Shown here: positions 62,580 to 64,000 of the stretch, piece after piece
Layout of the letters: every line of letters begins with the position of its first letter
How positions within the stretch are numbered: position 1 is the first letter of the stretch
From: Tilletiaria anomala UBC 951
Lineage: Eukaryota
Length of the DNA stretch: 64,000 bases
Direction of reading: 5' to 3'
Assembly (NCBI RefSeq): GCF_000711695.1
Contig: NW_013547020.1
Location: 1 to 64,000, forward strand
Notes under the pieces: model-generated
Databases searched by the model: none
What the model was told of the DNA's origin: nothing
The model's input: the letters and a program-made list of their open reading frames with translations, nothing else
Position numbers and translations under genes: made by a program

Positions 62580-64000
62580 ATGGACGAGCGCAGTGTTCTG
62601 CGCAACATCTTGGAAGAGCTTCGGTCGTCCTCGATCAAATCTGTTGCGCAACTTCTGCGGCATCTCTTGGATCCTCTGCGCCTGATACTCACTTCACCAG
62701 ATGATGAAAATCAGTATCATATCTGTCTGGAAGAGCTGGCCTTGCTCTCCGAGTCAAGCGGCGGACACGGGCTCGAGCCAGCTGTTATCCTTTCTTCCTC
62801 CTCTTCGATTCAGCGCTATACGTCATGGCACGAGTCGGTGGACCTGGCGGCGTTACGCAAACGAATGCTGGCCTCGAGCTTTGTCGAAGACGTGCAGTTC
62901 GCGCTTCTGACACAAATAGGCATCACTTGGGGCGATCATATGGATCGGTCACTCTGGAACTCTCTTCTAGAAAACTGGTTCTTTCCGAATCTGCAGGATG
63001 CAGCACGGGCCAAGGCTCGCCAGGCGAGCGATACACGGCCGTTCGTCGTGGAAGTCGATGCCAAAGGCAAAGGCAAGGCGGGCGAATCTCAGGCAACGGA
63101 CGAGGTTCTCTATGCTTCTTCTATGATCACTGCTGCGGGATTGAGGACCGTTACCAAACTGCTCTCAGAAGCTAGGGCCATGTCGGCAAGGGACGGAAAT
63201 GCGTCTGAAGGGAGTCTTCCGTCAGCAGCGCTCGCTCCCATTACGAAGGACTGTCTTTTGCACGTGCTTCAGCGCTTACAGCCATGTACACCACTAGATA
63301 TGCTCTACAAGGGTATTCGCCATGAATCGAGTCGTACACGAGGCTTATTACAATGGAAAGACGCCGTCGCACAGATGACAGCTTTGCCTGCTCGCATTGC
63401 CAACCTGACGCAAGGCAAACCTCCTGATGGACTTCAAGACAAGTGAGTTCAGTTTTCTGTCGCTCTCGTGCGGCTATTTGTCTTCCTAACCGGCCTTGAT
63501 CAACAGAATTTTCTTTTCGCATTTTGCTGCTACACTCTGTGAACTCGTTCTGAGCATGTCAAAGAACCCAAGGGCATCAGACGACCCATCGGCCGTCGCC
63601 TTCTGCTTGATACGTCTTTTGCGACACGGCTTCGTCAATATCACTCCGCAAGGTAAAAGTGCAACGGCGAGGCGAGAAACATTCTGGGGATCCGTCATTC
63701 CCAGTGTATTGTGTCACAGTGCTCTGGCGCAGCCAATCGTCAACAGCCCAGACTCGCGGATGCTTCAAAGCTTTGATACGAACTGGCCGCGATCATATCG
63801 GGAAACTTGGCTTGCATGCATCGACGAGCTTTCCGGAACCGACCGCGTTGCCTTACGCACATCGATGATTGCCTTTCTCGAGGTACTCTGGAGCCGATGC
63901 ACAGATCATGGTTCGGACGAAATTACCACCACTACCGAACGACATCGGCCTGGCACGGAGGGAACCATATTTCTCGCCAAAGAGATGCTTCAGAGAGCTA
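62580..64000 (+). CDS. Probable Tel2-like alpha-solenoid protein (TTT complex), 3'-truncated; intron 63443-63506
   Basis: Helical Leu-rich sequence; WKDAVAQMTALPARIANL and AFCLIRLLRHG..TFWGSVIP recall Tel2 N-terminal blocks (from memory). The frame continues after splicing. Confidence 0.55.

Overview
Gene-dense, GC-rich eukaryotic DNA with short GT-AG introns, most consistent with a basidiomycete fungus (Ustilaginomycotina-like; inference). The left end carries a decayed Ty1/Copia retroelement and a degenerate region (1-4,050). About 18 protein-coding genes follow: a TMEM16/anoctamin, a peroxisomal crotonase, a Dal5-type MFS transporter, Rvs167, a beta-carbonic anhydrase, an unknown 1,011-aa protein, an Adh6-type dehydrogenase, a possible secreted orphan, Ung1, a ~2,400-aa class-2 DYRK kinase, ubiquitin-S27a, a pseudouridine glycosidase/kinase fusion, a peroxisomal quinone oxidoreductase, SamB/Mub1, a coiled-coil tail-anchored protein, Fol3, CLPTM1 and a partial Tel2-like gene. 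The best candidate for new biology is the tail-anchored coiled-coil protein (51307-55332). It carries a TRAK/HAP1-like CC1 box and a Spindly-like motif, so it may be a membrane-anchored dynein adaptor of a type I do not know to be characterised in fungi. Exon boundaries were read by eye and no database searches were run.
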